64,000 nt of DNA from contig CM007989.1 in assembly GCA_002189035.1 (NCBI GenBank), positions 8,060,001 to 8,124,000 on the forward strand, written 5' to 3'. The DNA comes from Utricularia gibba (lineage: Eukaryota; Plantae; Magnoliophyta). Made by a program: the position numbers and the translations under genes. Under the pieces are notes generated by a model. The model ran no database searches. It was not told where the DNA came from and was given only the letters and a program-made list of their open reading frames with translations. Positions 24,963 through 38,365 of this stretch are shown here, one piece after another (positions within the stretch are counted from its first letter, which is position 1; the number at the start of each line of letters is the position of its first letter).

Positions 24963-26294
24963 AAACACAGACTTAAATGTCTGAATGAAGCAAGATTCAT
25001 GCCCAACCAGGGTATCATCCTGCTCAAGCATTGGATGCAGAACACTGTGATGTTACACTGTCTTCCCACATTGTTTTCATTCTTCCATTAATCAAAGACG
25101 ACTTTCTTGAGTGAATTAGAAAGTGACCACATATCACAAAATGTGTAAAAAAAAAATAGTGTAAAAATTTTATCTTAATATGTGAGAAATAATGGGAGTG
25201 TTCATTTTTTTGAGGGAGTCAATTTGCTTCATTGCCAAAAGGTCAATGGAATATAACATTTGATTTTGGCTTTCAACTTTTAAAATTATATATCTAATTC
25301 ACGTTGAGTTTATATTTGATAGAATAGTTTAATTAATATTGTATTTGAATTATTTATATTTAGATAATCATGTATCATATGATTAAGATTAAAAAAATTT
25401 TTGGTTCGTAGTTTTTGCATATATATGTTTAGAAATAATAGCATATGTGATAAATTTATTTAAAATAAATAATTTATAGTTTAAATTATTAAATAAATCA
25501 CATTTAAAAGCTGTGTTTTGAAATATTTAATTAATCTATTTTGTAAAACAATCTTATATTACTAAACCAACTTACTGAAGAAAATTTTTTATTAATAGGT
25601 TAATGTTTAAACAGTCAAATCAACCTACAAAATACCCTCTAATTTTATTTACTTCAAAACCCTGATTTAATACCTTAAAAAGTAGAATATTATTAAAACC
25701 ACTAGGGCGGCGGCACGTGTCCCGATTCCAAGTAATTATTAAATCGAAATAAAATCATAATTAAAATTGGCGTGCCGGCTTTCTTTCTTTATCGGCACGT
25801 CACTCGCAAATTTGCCGGTAATTAATTAACATATTTAATAATAATAACTGTAATTACATTCTACTCTAACTTGAAGTAGCGTTCCAAACACGCGCACCAT
25901 GGGTATTCTGGGAATATATTTTGTTGCCGTGGGTGGGGCTCCAACCCGATCGGGCCAAAAATGGATATTCCGTTGGGTTCGGGTGTAGGATCCGGATCAT
26001 GTTACCATTCGTGCAAGCATCAACTTCAACACAGGGGAGGAAGTCTTCGCTTCCAATACTCACCAACCTCGCCCCCCTCTCATTCTCCCCTTGTTGTTTT
26101 CTTATCAATCACAACCACCCTTTACTGCATGTTTTCTTGCACAAATGGCGGGGACCCTAACTGGATACTACGCAATCAGGTGTTCGAATGTACATTGCTA
26201 CTAAAACTAGATTCACAATGATCAGGAGCCTACACTATCTGCTAAATCAGTGGTGTAAGAGATTACAGAGAAGAATCAATCTTCTGGCAATGGA

Positions 26295-27450
26295 CTAGTA
26301 GCTCCAGAAAGAATCCAAGTCTGAGATGTCAATGGGGCTGGGAGTTATATCATTGAGTTGCTGAGCAAACCCTCCCTTGCTCTCCTCGTTCTCCCTCCTT
26401 GAATAGTACATGGAGCTCTCGTTGCTGACTCCTGTTTCTTCTGAAGGGCTGAACGCCGGGTTCTGCATCGAGTACAATGGATCCATGAACTGTTGGTGGT
26501 GTACGGTGTTGTGGGAGTAGAACATGGTGGTGGCATGAGGGCTGTAAGGGCTGGACCAGGAGGAAATAGGGTTTTGAAAGTGACCCTTTTGGGGAAGAAT
26601 GAACTTGCCCTTGTGATCATCCTCCTCATTGTAATCGTCAGATTGTGGTAATGACGAGGCTCCCACCTCAGGGTTTCTTCTGCATGCAGTGTTCTTGTGG
26701 AAGACCTTACAGACCACCCACTCCTCCTGCACGAAAAGGAAACAGACATGGCATCAGAGTCGAGCTCTGCGGCATTCAAAGGCATGAACTTATGATACTA
26801 GTACTACCCTAGTAGCATTCCTTGGGAAGATATCACCCTCTAGCCGATACTCGTGCATTACCCAATCGGTTTTTTCCCCCTTGGGAGCTCTTCCCTTGTA
26901 GAAAACAAGGGTTTTCTTCATTCCAACCAGAAACCTTCTAGCCTTCTCCTTGTAGATCTCTTTGTCTTTACCTGTGGCTTTCCAGTACCCCGACTCCGTC
27001 GCCCGATTCGTTCGCATCCCTGTCGGATACTTCCGGTCCCTCTGGAAGAAGAAGAACCATTCCTTTTCCCCAACTTACTCTTACCTGTAGTTCAGGATCC
27101 AAGGTACATCATTAATAAGTACAAGGGAATGAATCATGAATCATGCTCGTTTCGGACCAATCGGTAACTTGTACGAAACCAGCAGTAACACAACATGAAT
27201 CATGAACCTATTGTCTCTGCCCAGGCATTAAAGAAAGTAAGGGGGAGCTTTTACTATGCAAATCCCAGGGTTCACACTTGTTGAGATCCGCTTCTCCGAT
27301 AGCTATCGCGTCGAAGCGCCGGTCCGCAGCCTTCTTCAACAAGTATTCCATGATAATCTCCGTGTCCGTGGGGTGAAACCGGAACCCCGGCGGAAGCTGC
27401 GCCGCGTCGAACTCATCTTGCAGATCCATGGAGGTTCCGGCGGCGAACAT
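26295..27450 (-). CDS. NAC-domain transcription factor (NAC46/87/ORE1-like group), 3 exons, with an apparent 1-nt deletion at 27068-27071
   Basis: Exons 27450-27255 ([17 protein letters not shown]), 27084-26808 ([44 protein letters not shown]) and 26726-26295 ([16 protein letters not shown]). One more G restores GEKEWFFF. An alternative ATG lies at 27429. Confidence 0.93.
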
Positions 27451-27705
27451 GCCCGGCTCCAACTTCTTCGAGAACGCGAGAGAGGAAGTAGGGGAATCAA
27501 GAGAGGAAGAAGATGGGAATGGAAGGAGAGCAGCCAATATATACAAGACGAAAAAATAATATTATTAAAATAAAAGAGTAGTTGCTTGAAGCTAAAGGAA
27601 ACTGGCAAGTGATGGGAATGTTTCGGGAGGCGTTTTCCAGAAAATAATTTCATTATTAGAATATAATATTATAACATTCAAAGTAATTATAATAAATGAA
27701 TATTA

Positions 27706-28196
27706 ATGTAGTGTTTGATAATTGATTTAAGATTTTAATTATATGATTTAATATAAATATATTTATGGTTTTATATTCAGAATATATTTAGTAAATAACC
27801 TTATATACATTATATTCTATAATAAAAATATTCTTATATTATAATTTTAAATAATTTATTTTATATTTATTTTGAAATAAAGAAATAATAAGGTTAAATT
27901 GAAATAAATGTACGATTTAATATAAAACAGAATATCTACTTAATTTTTAATAAATCTATATATGCAATTTTAATTTGTATTAAATAAGTTTTAAATTAAA
28001 TAATGATTTAATTTAAAATTCTTATCAAACGTATATTTTAAATAAATCACATTTCAAAATCATCATTAAACCATTTACCAAATATCAATTAACCATTCAA
28101 CATTTATTTTATATTAAATAATTTTCATAAATGATTCTCAAACAATTTTTACGTCACAAAAGATAATTAAATGAATATTATCAAACAATCCTTAAT
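27706..28196. mobile_element. Possible decayed Tourist-like MITE in the NAC upstream region
   Basis: AT-rich block with GTGTTTGATAA at the left end and TTATCAAACAATCC+TTAA at the right end. The TIR match is short and the left TSD is ambiguous. Confidence 0.3.
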
Positions 28197-29810
28197 ATTA
28201 TATATATAATATATGCATGACTTTTTTTTTCATTTACTATTAAATTATGATAAAAAATAAATACATCTATCAGGTCAATTGACCCTAGATGATTTCCTTT
28301 CCATCGTGACATGTCCTCATGTAACATGTGTCTGATTATCACATTTGTGATTTATTGCATGATAATAGCGCTGCCATGAACGATAAGTTCTTGGTGGCAA
28401 CCTTATATTTAATTTAATATGTATTATGATCTGAAAGTACGATATTACCCCTTGCCACCAAAATTGATTACGTTGCGATTCGGTCATGGTGACGTTATAC
28501 AAGCTAATTATAATTATTATTTAATTACGGCACACGATGATTTTTTTAACGACGTCAGCTATGGGCTTGTGATGGGCCTCCATTTCGAAATTCCCTTCGC
28601 AACTCCAAGCCCAATAAAATAAAATACCCTCAACTTTTTTTATAATTTCTAGATTTTTCTTTTTAAATTCTCATAATGAATATTATAATTATATCCAAAT
28701 AATATATTTTAAAAAATAACATAAATCTATTTTTATTAAAAAAATAGGCGAATAATAAAGCTGAGGTAAGTTGATGGTTACACTGCCCTGCAATTATTTT
28801 CTCCTTTATTATTATTATTTTTTCAAAAGTTGTGGGTGCGCTTTTCTTTTCCATCCTTTGCAGCGTCAATCAAATAGAATTTTGTCCACATAAAAAGACT
28901 AGGGAGCCCCAAGTTTATTACAATTTATTTTATTAAAAATAATAATAATTTAAATTATTTTTTTGGAAATAAGTTTTATTTCAAACTAGAAAAAAAGAGT
29001 GTTTTCGTTTATTCATCTTTAAATAATTTAAAATTATAATATAGATACACTTATTTACAATCAAATACAATATAATTAAATCTATCTGTGACGTTAATTT
29101 TATCTTAAATCATATGATGTAAATTTGAAAGAATCTACCCAATGCGAGTTTGTAAATTTTAGAATTCGATTTTAGAATCAAATTTTACCAACCCCGTTTC
29201 ATTGTAAATAGTATAACTTGAATGTTAGACAAGGAGTTTAAACCAAGGTTGAGAAAAAGAAAGCATCTTGGGGTTGGAAAGTGGAAGTTGTGGTCCTAAG
29301 GTGAACCCCAAGCTTTATTGGGTTGGGCCCGGTCAATGGGGGACCATCATCCCCATATTCAACCCGCATACTACAAAAAATATATGTATTAAAATTAATT
29401 ATATTTTTTGAAAAGTATTTTTAATAAAATATAAATATTCTATCTTTAATTTTTTTATTTTGATAAGGAAATTGTTTTTAAAAATGATAAATAGAACGGT
29501 GATTAATTAACGAGCCCTAATGATTGGGGGATTAGGATGTGGTTAGACTACTATCTGTGCGTCATTAGCAGTATTAGTAGCCTAATCATGGGGGCCCACC
29601 GTTTCTAGTAGTGTTTCCCGGTTCTTTGTCGGTACGTGGGACTAATCCCGAAGTCGCTCTCCGTCTCGGCATTTTACGAGTTTGCCCCCACCCCTTGTTT
29701 CTGAAAAGGCGTGGGGGCCACTCGCGGCGGCGCGTGTGAGTTACACGGTTGGCGCGTGATTCGAGGGATGGTGGTCCCTGGGCGTCAGTGGTCCATGAAA
29801 GCGCAGTGCG

Positions 29811-29819
29811 ACACGTGGC
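29811..29819 (+). promoter_or_regulatory. G-box/ABRE (ACACGTGGC) upstream of the KNOX gene
   Basis: Exact consensus match ~460 bp upstream of the ATG. Function is unverified. Confidence 0.4.
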
Positions 29820-30276
29820 GGAAGGAGAGGGCAGTCCTGGTTGTCAGGGTTGGTTGGTTATTATCTCCTGTTTCGCGGCTTCTTTCCAAGTAAGTGCTTC
29901 CGTAGTCCCGCGTATCCTACCCTCGCCCACTGCGCCCGTCTGTACGCCGCAAAAATCCGACTGAATATTTATATATATATTTTAATTATTTAATATAGGT
30001 TAAATTTGGATTAATTATTATTTATTTATGTATGGAAAATTAATAGGGTATTTATTATATTCTTTGGCAGTACGAGTGATCGTACAGAGGGGGGAAAAAG
30101 TCTTGCGAATTTGAGCAATTGCAGCGGCCATGTCGACGGGGACCCCCCCGGGAGTGTGAAAGTGGGAAGAGGGGTGAGGGGAAAAGGGGGTACTGCCATA
30201 TAACAGCACTGATAACATCATCAGCGCCATTTTTTTTTTCTCTCACAGCGAGGGAGGGGAGGGAGAATTGGTGGCC

Positions 30277-32564
30277 ATGGCGTTCCAGGACCACCATCAT
30301 CTGCCTCGGGAAATGCCTATCCACTACGCCGCCGACCCCTCCGGAGCCCAGGCTTCTCTTTTCCGGTCTATGATTCCCGATCACCGTCGCTCGCCTGAGG
30401 ATAAGCAGCAGCAGCAGCAACAACAACCCACAGCGTGGATGAACAACGCGGCGGTGCTGCAGCACCACCAGTGGCTACCCACTACCCAGGGTCAACCCAG
30501 CCCCAATTCGAATTCGCCCAGGGATAAAACCGATCATCACCTCCGCGACGCCGGACCCGGAGGGGATGCTGATAATAGCAACGGCGGAGGCGGGGCTGGA
30601 GGAGGGACCAACTGGGAGAGGGAGAAGTGTAAGGCCGATATTCTGAATCACCCACTGTACGAGGAGCTGTTGTCGGCGCACGTGGCTTGCCTTCGAATCG
30701 CAACGCCGGTGGACCAGTTACCCAGGATCGACGCCCAGCTCGCCCAGTCACAGCAAGTCGTCGCTAAGTATTCCGTTTTCGGACACGGTCAACCGCCTCT
30801 CGATGAAAAGGACCTCGACCATTTCATGGTAACCTTTCTTCTTCATCATCTTCATCTTGATCTTATTCGCTGGCGACAGATTTTATGCTGCGCTGTTGCA
30901 ATAAGGAATACCACGATTGTCTCTTTCTTCTTCATAATTTAATCCTTACGCCTTTTCTGGAAACTTAATTCCTTTTCTCGGGCTCTGATGATCGATCATA
31001 AGTGCTTTCTGATTCTCCTCACCCCCTTCATCTCTAGTTGCAAAAATCTTTGGACGCCTTTGTAATTTCTAAGTCTTTTTTCTCTGCACCCCACCCCACC
31101 CCAACTGTTGGATCTGTGGCCCTGATCTCGAGGTTCTGCAACTCCTAACCATTTTGCCCACCTTGAACCTTGCTTGAGCATGAATCTTACAGCATTCTGT
31201 GTATGATGTGTCTTACATCTGTGTGAAGTGAAGTCACTTGCGATCTTAGTACAGTCCTTGGCTTGTGTTAAGGCTGCTCGTTGCAATCACTGTGTTTGTA
31301 TAGTCGAATTCGAAAGTCGAAAATGGGTACAGTGAAAAAAGCAAACCCCAAACTAGGATCCTGTAGTTGGTAGCATTCACATGGATGTATTCCTGAAAGA
31401 ACATGGCTGGAAGTGTACTGTCTGATCTGACTACACAATCGTCTTCTCCTTCTTATCTACTCAAAGGACTGATCCTGCTTTTCTATAGCAGTGATTTGAA
31501 TGCTAATGTTTTCGCCATTGAAGCTTTTCCTGCTCATCTGACTCCACTTTGTACTTCTGTTGCGATGGTGCCATTAAGTTGTACACTTGGTGCTAGTAAA
31601 AGATTTCTTTGTGACCTTTCATGGGGACATGACATTTGTTCTAATCTGCCAACTTCAACTGTTGTCTAGACGCATTATGTCCTTCTGCTATCCTCGTTCA
31701 AAGAACAGCTGCAGCAACATGTCCGCGTACATGCCATGGAAGCAGTCATGGCCTGCTGGGAACTCGAGCAATCTCTCCAGAGCTTGACAGGTGCATCAAC
31801 TAACTAAGCTTCTCGAGGATTTCTGCATTGAAGAATACCTGTTAGCAGATGATGAGGCAAGGGAAATGGGGGCTCATATGATTGCATTACTTTGCCATAT
31901 GCTTCGCAGGAGTGGCCCCCGGAGAAGGCACAGGAGCCACCATGTCCGATGATGATGAGGACCAGGGTGACAGCGATACCAATTTGTTCGATGAAAGTCT
32001 CGACGGACCGGACAGCATGGGTTTCGGTCCTTTAGTCCCGACGGAGTCCGAGAGGTCGTTGATGGAGCGAGTTAGGCAGGAGTTGAAGCATGAGCTGAAA
32101 CAGGTTGAAAACTGTGGCTCCCTTTTTCTGGCTGCCTTCTTTCTGTGATGTTTGCTCAGTTCTTGGACTGGATTCTTCCTTCCAGGGCTACAAAGACAAG
32201 ATTGTGGATATCAGAGAAGAAATACTACGGAAAAGGAGAGCCGGGAAACTCCCTGGAGATACTACATCGGTGTTGAAAGCCTGGTGGCAGGCACACTCCA
32301 AGTGGCCCTATCCAACTGTAAGAAGCACTTGCGCCTGGAAACACCCACCATTGAACAATGAAATTACATGCATAATATAACCAGGCTTTTACTACTGCGG
32401 CTCCTGATGATGTGATCAATTAGGAGGAAGACAAGGCAAGGTTGGTTCAAGAAACAGGGCTGCAGCTGAAACAAATAAACAACTGGTTCATCAATCAAAG
32501 GAAGCGCAACTGGCACAGCAATCCCTCGTCATCGTCTTCACAGAAAAGCAAGCGCAAGAGGTAG
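30277..32564 (+). CDS. KNAT3: Class II KNOX homeobox protein (KNAT3-like)
   Basis: Exons 30277-30828, 31670-31790, 31910-32103, 32186-32317 and 32424-32564. Motifs: KNOX1 ([23 protein letters not shown]), KNOX2 ([21 protein letters not shown]), ELK, and TALE homeodomain ([36 protein letters not shown]). A possible extra last exon lies at 33051-33102. Confidence 0.95.
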
Positions 32565-34901
32565 GCTTCAACATCACCCTCTTCTGAAATCATACACACA
32601 CAAAAAAAAAAGAAGCTCTGGATCAAGATTATACATATCCCTCAGCTTGTCTTCTGTTGCTGCCAAACAGTAGTGAAGGTGGGAAAACCGCAGCCAATGA
32701 GCACTATGTGTGAACATAGCTTCCTAGTTCCAAGATCACAAACCGCTCAGCAGCTCAAGGCACTGCATATATATTACGGTAAGCGTCATAAGCGCTGTTC
32801 TGAGTTAGTTTTTCTAGCCGTGATTCCTGCTTTCCACATTGATCAAACCCCAGAAAAGGTTTGGATTGGAGCATTCTAGAAATGCAGTTAATATATTTAC
32901 ATGTATGTGTGCGTGTGCTCGTGGTGTCTATATGCTGTGGAAAACTTGAAAAAACATGATGTAAGATGTTTGTTTGTTACAGTCAGATGAGGAGGGGGGG
33001 ATCCAGAAGGATAATCTAAACTTTCTTTTAACTTCAAACTGAACTTATAGAGCAGGACAAAGTCAGCAGAGGACTTGTCTCTGCAATCCGCTCTGCCTGT
33101 AGTTCATGTGGCATGAATCCCAGCACCGGAGACACGAGACACACAAATTACAGTTCACATCAATCCAGACTGCCCTCCCCATGCATGGTTAGCAAAACAC
33201 CAGCTCTTCTCATCCTAATTGCAAATAAGTACCTGTAACATAAAAGAAAGTAATGCTAATTCATCTCATCTTCTTGAGCCACATGATCAGTAAATTCGAT
33301 CCATATCACAATCTTTGGCGTTGAGCACTATGCATTAAGTTAGAGCCTTCCACTATACTTCGTTTTATTGATTTCCAAATCCCATCAACTGCTCTGGAAC
33401 ACGTCCTAAACCCATCCAAATCCACCTTTAAGTAACCCCAGAACGACAAACTGGGAAACCCAATTCCTAAATGTCGAAAATCCATGGCGAGTCAGCTTCC
33501 AGGTATAGAAACAGCGCGAAGAAGGTGATGTCACAAAACCAAAGTCATGTCCAATTACGCCACCGAGGTTCGCCTGCTCTCGCCGTTGAGCACCCCGCCC
33601 CCCTTTACTGCCTTCACTCCAGCACCCTGAAATACATTTCACCTCCTTGGGCTACGGAACCTATCATCACAATCGCACAATTACGCCCACTTGAAAAACG
33701 AAGTAATTCCTAGCTCGTGGGCTTGTGAAAAAAAAAAAAAAAAACATAATAAAAAGATGAAGCAACTGATCACACAGAAGGGCCCTACGACGTGAGGCAT
33801 CTTGATGCGGCGGCGGAGGCGATGAATCGGCGGATCCATCAAGCCCACGTATTTCTTGTAATTGGGCCGGGCCCCAAATCCAGTACCCACCACCGGAGAA
33901 AAATATATTACAAAATTATATAATAATGATATTTTAAATGATAAAAAAATTATGAATCAATTTTACCAATATTTTGTTATCCAAATCGATTCAATCACGA
34001 TTCCGTCAAACTTAATCCAATCTATATAAAACAATTTAATTTAATCATAATTTTTTGAATATTTTCTATATGTATCATCATAATATCCAAAAAATATAGT
34101 TTTAGTGTGTTTCATAATGATGGTGGATCACATTTTTTTAATATCCATAAGGTATTCAATGAGCATATTGTATATGATATTGATAATAATCTTACTTCAA
34201 ATTATATTAATAAAACACGTATCATATCGACACATACATGAGTGTTTAAAAACATTGGTAAAACATGCTATATAATCTCAATACATACATTGATGAAACG
34301 TGTATCATAATCATACATTCATGAGTATTTAAAGCGTATAATATCAATGTATATCTCGGTGTTTCAAGATATTGATAAAACATGCATAATATCAAATGAT
34401 CTGCATTATAAAAGACTTGCATAAATTGATGGCTAGACTATACAAGAATGAATGTTTGGAGATAAGCATGGTTCTAATGTCACATGTATGGATGGATGAT
34501 TATACCAAATCTCATCATGTCATGATGATAGGGAGCATGGGTCGCATCCATCATGACACATCACCATGCCACATAAACCCCACATGCTCACACTCTTACA
34601 GTTAGTTCCCTGCGCATTCATTGCTCCATCATCCTCCTGTCTTCAACCTCCAAATCATTCCAGCAACACCTCAACCGTACGATTTCAGGGATGCAGATCT
34701 GAACGCTAGCCGTTGGATTCTCTTGGGAGATAGATGTTCGAAGAAGTAGAGTCGTCAAGGGAAAAAAGGCAGATTCTTTTTGCTCATAATGATCGCCTAT
34801 GAGTTCAAGTATAAACAACAGCGCATGGGAAATGTACGATCACATGCTCCTAGTGATGATGGATCCGAATTTCTATGCTATGAGTGAGCTCCTGTGCAGT
34901 C

Positions 34902-35443
34902 TCAGTTATGTATGGGGGGCTTTCGCTTCGCCTCTGAGTAATCCATTCCTTCGATATCCACCATGTCTGTCAAGGGTGTCTGCTGCTGCTCCTCCACTCG
35001 GGTTTGGACTTGGTTTGTTTCCTCGGAGGAGATGGGAGTGGGAGATGCCTTCTTGTTAAGGAGCTTCCTGGACGCCCTGGAAAGCCAAAGATGTTGAGAG
35101 ATCTTAGCATCGATCACCTTCACAAAGTATAAAACCCTATAATTGTGTTGAGTTGCAGGAAAATGGAGGTTCATGTTTCCTACTATACCAGATTTACAAT
35201 GGCTGCTGCTTCTGCAAAGAATGGGGATTCAAGGGTCTTTGTATCAATCTGTTGAACACGATTGGATTCCTTCCTCCGAGTCTTTTCATTCCATCTGATA
35301 CCTGCACAGGATCGAGGATCATCATCGTGCAACAAAGAGGGGGTGATGGGAAACCTGATCTGCATACCTGGGGCTCCATGGACATGGAGAGATGACACGA
35401 GAAGCAACAGAAGCAGAAGCAATGAGAATCCCAACCTTGTCAT
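34902..35443 (-). CDS. GLV: RGF/GOLVEN/CLEL sulfated peptide precursor, 3 exons, ~134 aa
   Basis: Exon 1 35443-35368 encodes a signal peptide ([25 protein letters not shown]). Exon 2 is 35301-35189 and exon 3 is 35117-34902. Both introns are GT-AG (66 and 71 nt) with compatible phases. The protein ends MDYSEAKRKPPIHN*, matching the 13-aa RGF/GLV pattern (GLV1: DYPQPHRKPPIHN). Confidence 0.88.
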
Positions 35444-37559
35444 GAAAGGGGAGTTGGAGAATGCGGTTTCTGAGCTTGAAATGAAGCAAGGATCGGATGG
35501 AATGGGGCGTTTGCCTCTCTGTTCTTGGTGCGTATACACAGACACATATATATGGCGCGAGAGACATGAAACGTGACAAATGAATTGAATGCAGGACAGC
35601 AGGTCCCATGCTAGTGTTGCACAACGTGACAACAGATGCCGGGTTTCGTGGGCAGTCACTGGAATGAAAGACATTGCACCAATCAGGCACGAAGGAACAT
35701 GCCCTTTTCCTTGCGTATATCGTTTTTGTCAAATCTTACCCGAAAGAAATGGGGCCTTGGCACCTCATGGGTGGTCACCTTGTCGCAGCAGACGGAGCAC
35801 CGCGACAACGACGCAACCTAACACAGACGACGTGAGTTATTCAAATGTGGAACTATTGTCTCGTAAACTGTTTTGCGCACACTGGTGTGAGTTTCAAGTG
35901 TAGAGAATTAAGGTTGTGGTTGGTTTTCTTTTTCAAAATTAATGATCCTATATGTTTGACAATTAAATGTGAATCTCAAATACAGAATTAACGTAGATTG
36001 TATTAAAAGATATTATACTCAATTCATTACTAATAATTTATAATTTATAATTTATTATACAGTTAAATATTTTATTTTCAAATTTAAATGTATGATAGTT
36101 TATTCTAATAAACACCATCAAATCAAATTAATCTTTGATCTAATGAAAATTTATTTATGTTTTTTTGTGATTATAGATAGTATTTGAATAATAAATCATT
36201 CTAATTATTTTATCATGGAAACTCAATATATTTTCTCATTTTTTTTATTGGAACTCAAACTAATAAAAAACTCATATTTTTTAAACAATAATTCATTTGA
36301 TGTAAGATTCTCTTTTTATACTTTTTAAAAAATGGTTTTTAAAAAGTGACTATTAAAATTGATTACAAATAGAAAGTATTTTAAATTTCTAGTTTTTGAA
36401 ATAAAAAAATATTTATAAACTATTTTTCTAGAGACCAAATGTTCCAAGTAGGTCTGATATTTGGCACATGTGTTTTAAAGTAAGGATTAGTCATAAGTGT
36501 TGTTAGAATTACATGGATACTCTTTTATTTTTAATAATATAAAAATATTATGGAATTTACAATATGAATGAAAAATGGATGTAAATTTTATTTCTTGAAA
36601 TAGTAGAATTTAAGTTTAATATTTAAAATAATAAATGGAAAACTAGTTTTGAACTCCTTTTGGAGTAGTCGATGGAAAAGCAATCGCTGTCTGTTTTGGA
36701 AAAAACAAAACAAAAACAAAAAAAATAAAATAAAATAAGAATAAGAATAAGAACAGAAGGTTCGTTGAGGCGGTTGTTGAATCGTAAATATGGAGGGGGA
36801 GAGGTTGGTGGGGCGTTAATGTGATGGGGCCCGCATTGATGTCGTGGCCAATTCTTGGTCTCTTGAGTGGGTCCCGAAGGATGACGTGGACGACCGGACA
36901 ACGTGGAGGGACATGTCCGGAACTGAAACGACGTCGTACCTGCAAATTTTGATGGGACGTGGAACGCCAAAAGGGCATCATGTCGAGAGATTTTTTTTAA
37001 AAAAATAAATCCTATATCCACGATCACTAATTTCTCAAGGTTTTTTTTATTTAATTTTAAATAATTTTGTTTTCCCGCGGTTTCTGGGGAACCGTCGAAG
37101 CGCTCTTGGCTTGATTCTCTGTCAGGATCCATCGTTTTGTGTTGGGTTCAATTGAAGCTGCAATGCTTTCGCATTGGCTTTGGATTTTGCTGTGGTATGC
37201 AACGAACACACGCACTGTTTCAATTGCGGATCTCTATCCGCCCACGGTCTCACCGCATGATCTGATTCAGCATCCCGCAGATTCCTTGATTCTTATTGAA
37301 AATCGTGGATACATGTTTGCATGTCTGGATGGGAATGAAGTTCGTCTTTCCTGAAACTGGTTTCTTGTTCTGGATAAGGGTGGAATTTATGTTTAGGTTT
37401 CGGTTGTGATTGATTCGACTGGTGATATTGCGTTGGTAACGTGTTTGTGTAACCTAATCTGATGAAAGTAGTAATTTTTGGCTTGTTCGATGAGCATCAG
37501 GAAGAGAAACAGTTAGAGCGATGAGGCTCGCTATGGAGACAAATGGAGAGAAACACATG

Positions 37560-38290
37560 AGACAGATGAGATCAAATGAAGGTGACCGTTGCTTTCTGAG
37601 ACGATATTAAGTAGGAGAAAGGCATACAATTGCTTCCTGAGAATCATGTGGATTTATCTCATATCAGAAGTAATATGTCAGAATGCTATATGCAGAGGGG
37701 GGTTCTCATGTATCCCCGGGCAATTGATGAGTGTAACATGGACCTTGAAGTTACACCTACATATATTAAGGCTTTGTTGCAGAGAGGTAGATGCTACGAG
37801 GCCTTGAATAAGCTTTCATTCGGAGTGTTGAAGATAGAGCCAAGTAATCTCATGGCGAATGAAATCGAACAAAGGTTGAGAGAGGCATTTGTGAGACAGG
37901 GGTCAAGGCTGATGGAAGTCCCTGTGGACTTGATTCCTTTCCCATCTGCATGGACATCCAGCCCCTTGCTTATGACTTGAGGATCTTAGTACAAGAAAAA
38001 AAGAGTTTCAGGTGCAGAATTAAAGGAAAGCTTGGTATACATGCCGAAGGCAAGAAAAAAGACCCATGCGAAAATCGAGAATCCAAGCGCTAAAAAAATC
38101 AAAATGCCTATGATTGGTACAGGAAGGGTTCACGAGAGCAGGGAGGCGGTATGAAGAGGCTTCAAGGATAAAAATCAGATTCTTATGAAGCTGTTCTGGC
38201 TCCAAGACAGCAGCAGTTTGAGCAAGTAAAGGTTTCATGGTATTTTAAAGCCATCAAAAAATTCAAACTTTCTGGAGACCGGCATAGATG
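37560..38290 (+). pseudogene. Degenerate PHOX/CLMP1-family (TPR-PB1) gene remnant
   Basis: The TPR segment LLPENHVDLSHIRSNMSECYMQ..YPRAIDECNM.LEVTPTYIKALLQRGRCYEALNKL is followed almost directly by broken C-terminal segments: VYMPKARKK, NAYDWY, GRRYEEASRIK/SDSYEAVLA..QQQFEQVKVSWY. There are several frameshifts and the central PB1 region is absent. Confidence 0.75.
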
Positions 38291-38365
38291 TCATGGTGAA
38301 GAATCACTGCCGTATAGGCACAGGACGGAAGGTGTTAAATCACATGAAGCTCAACTAAATCATAC

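Noticed and set aside
34218-34390. Weak ~85-bp imperfect duplication in AT-rich DNA
   Set aside because: The sequence is low-complexity and the boundaries are unclear. No termini or function can be supported.
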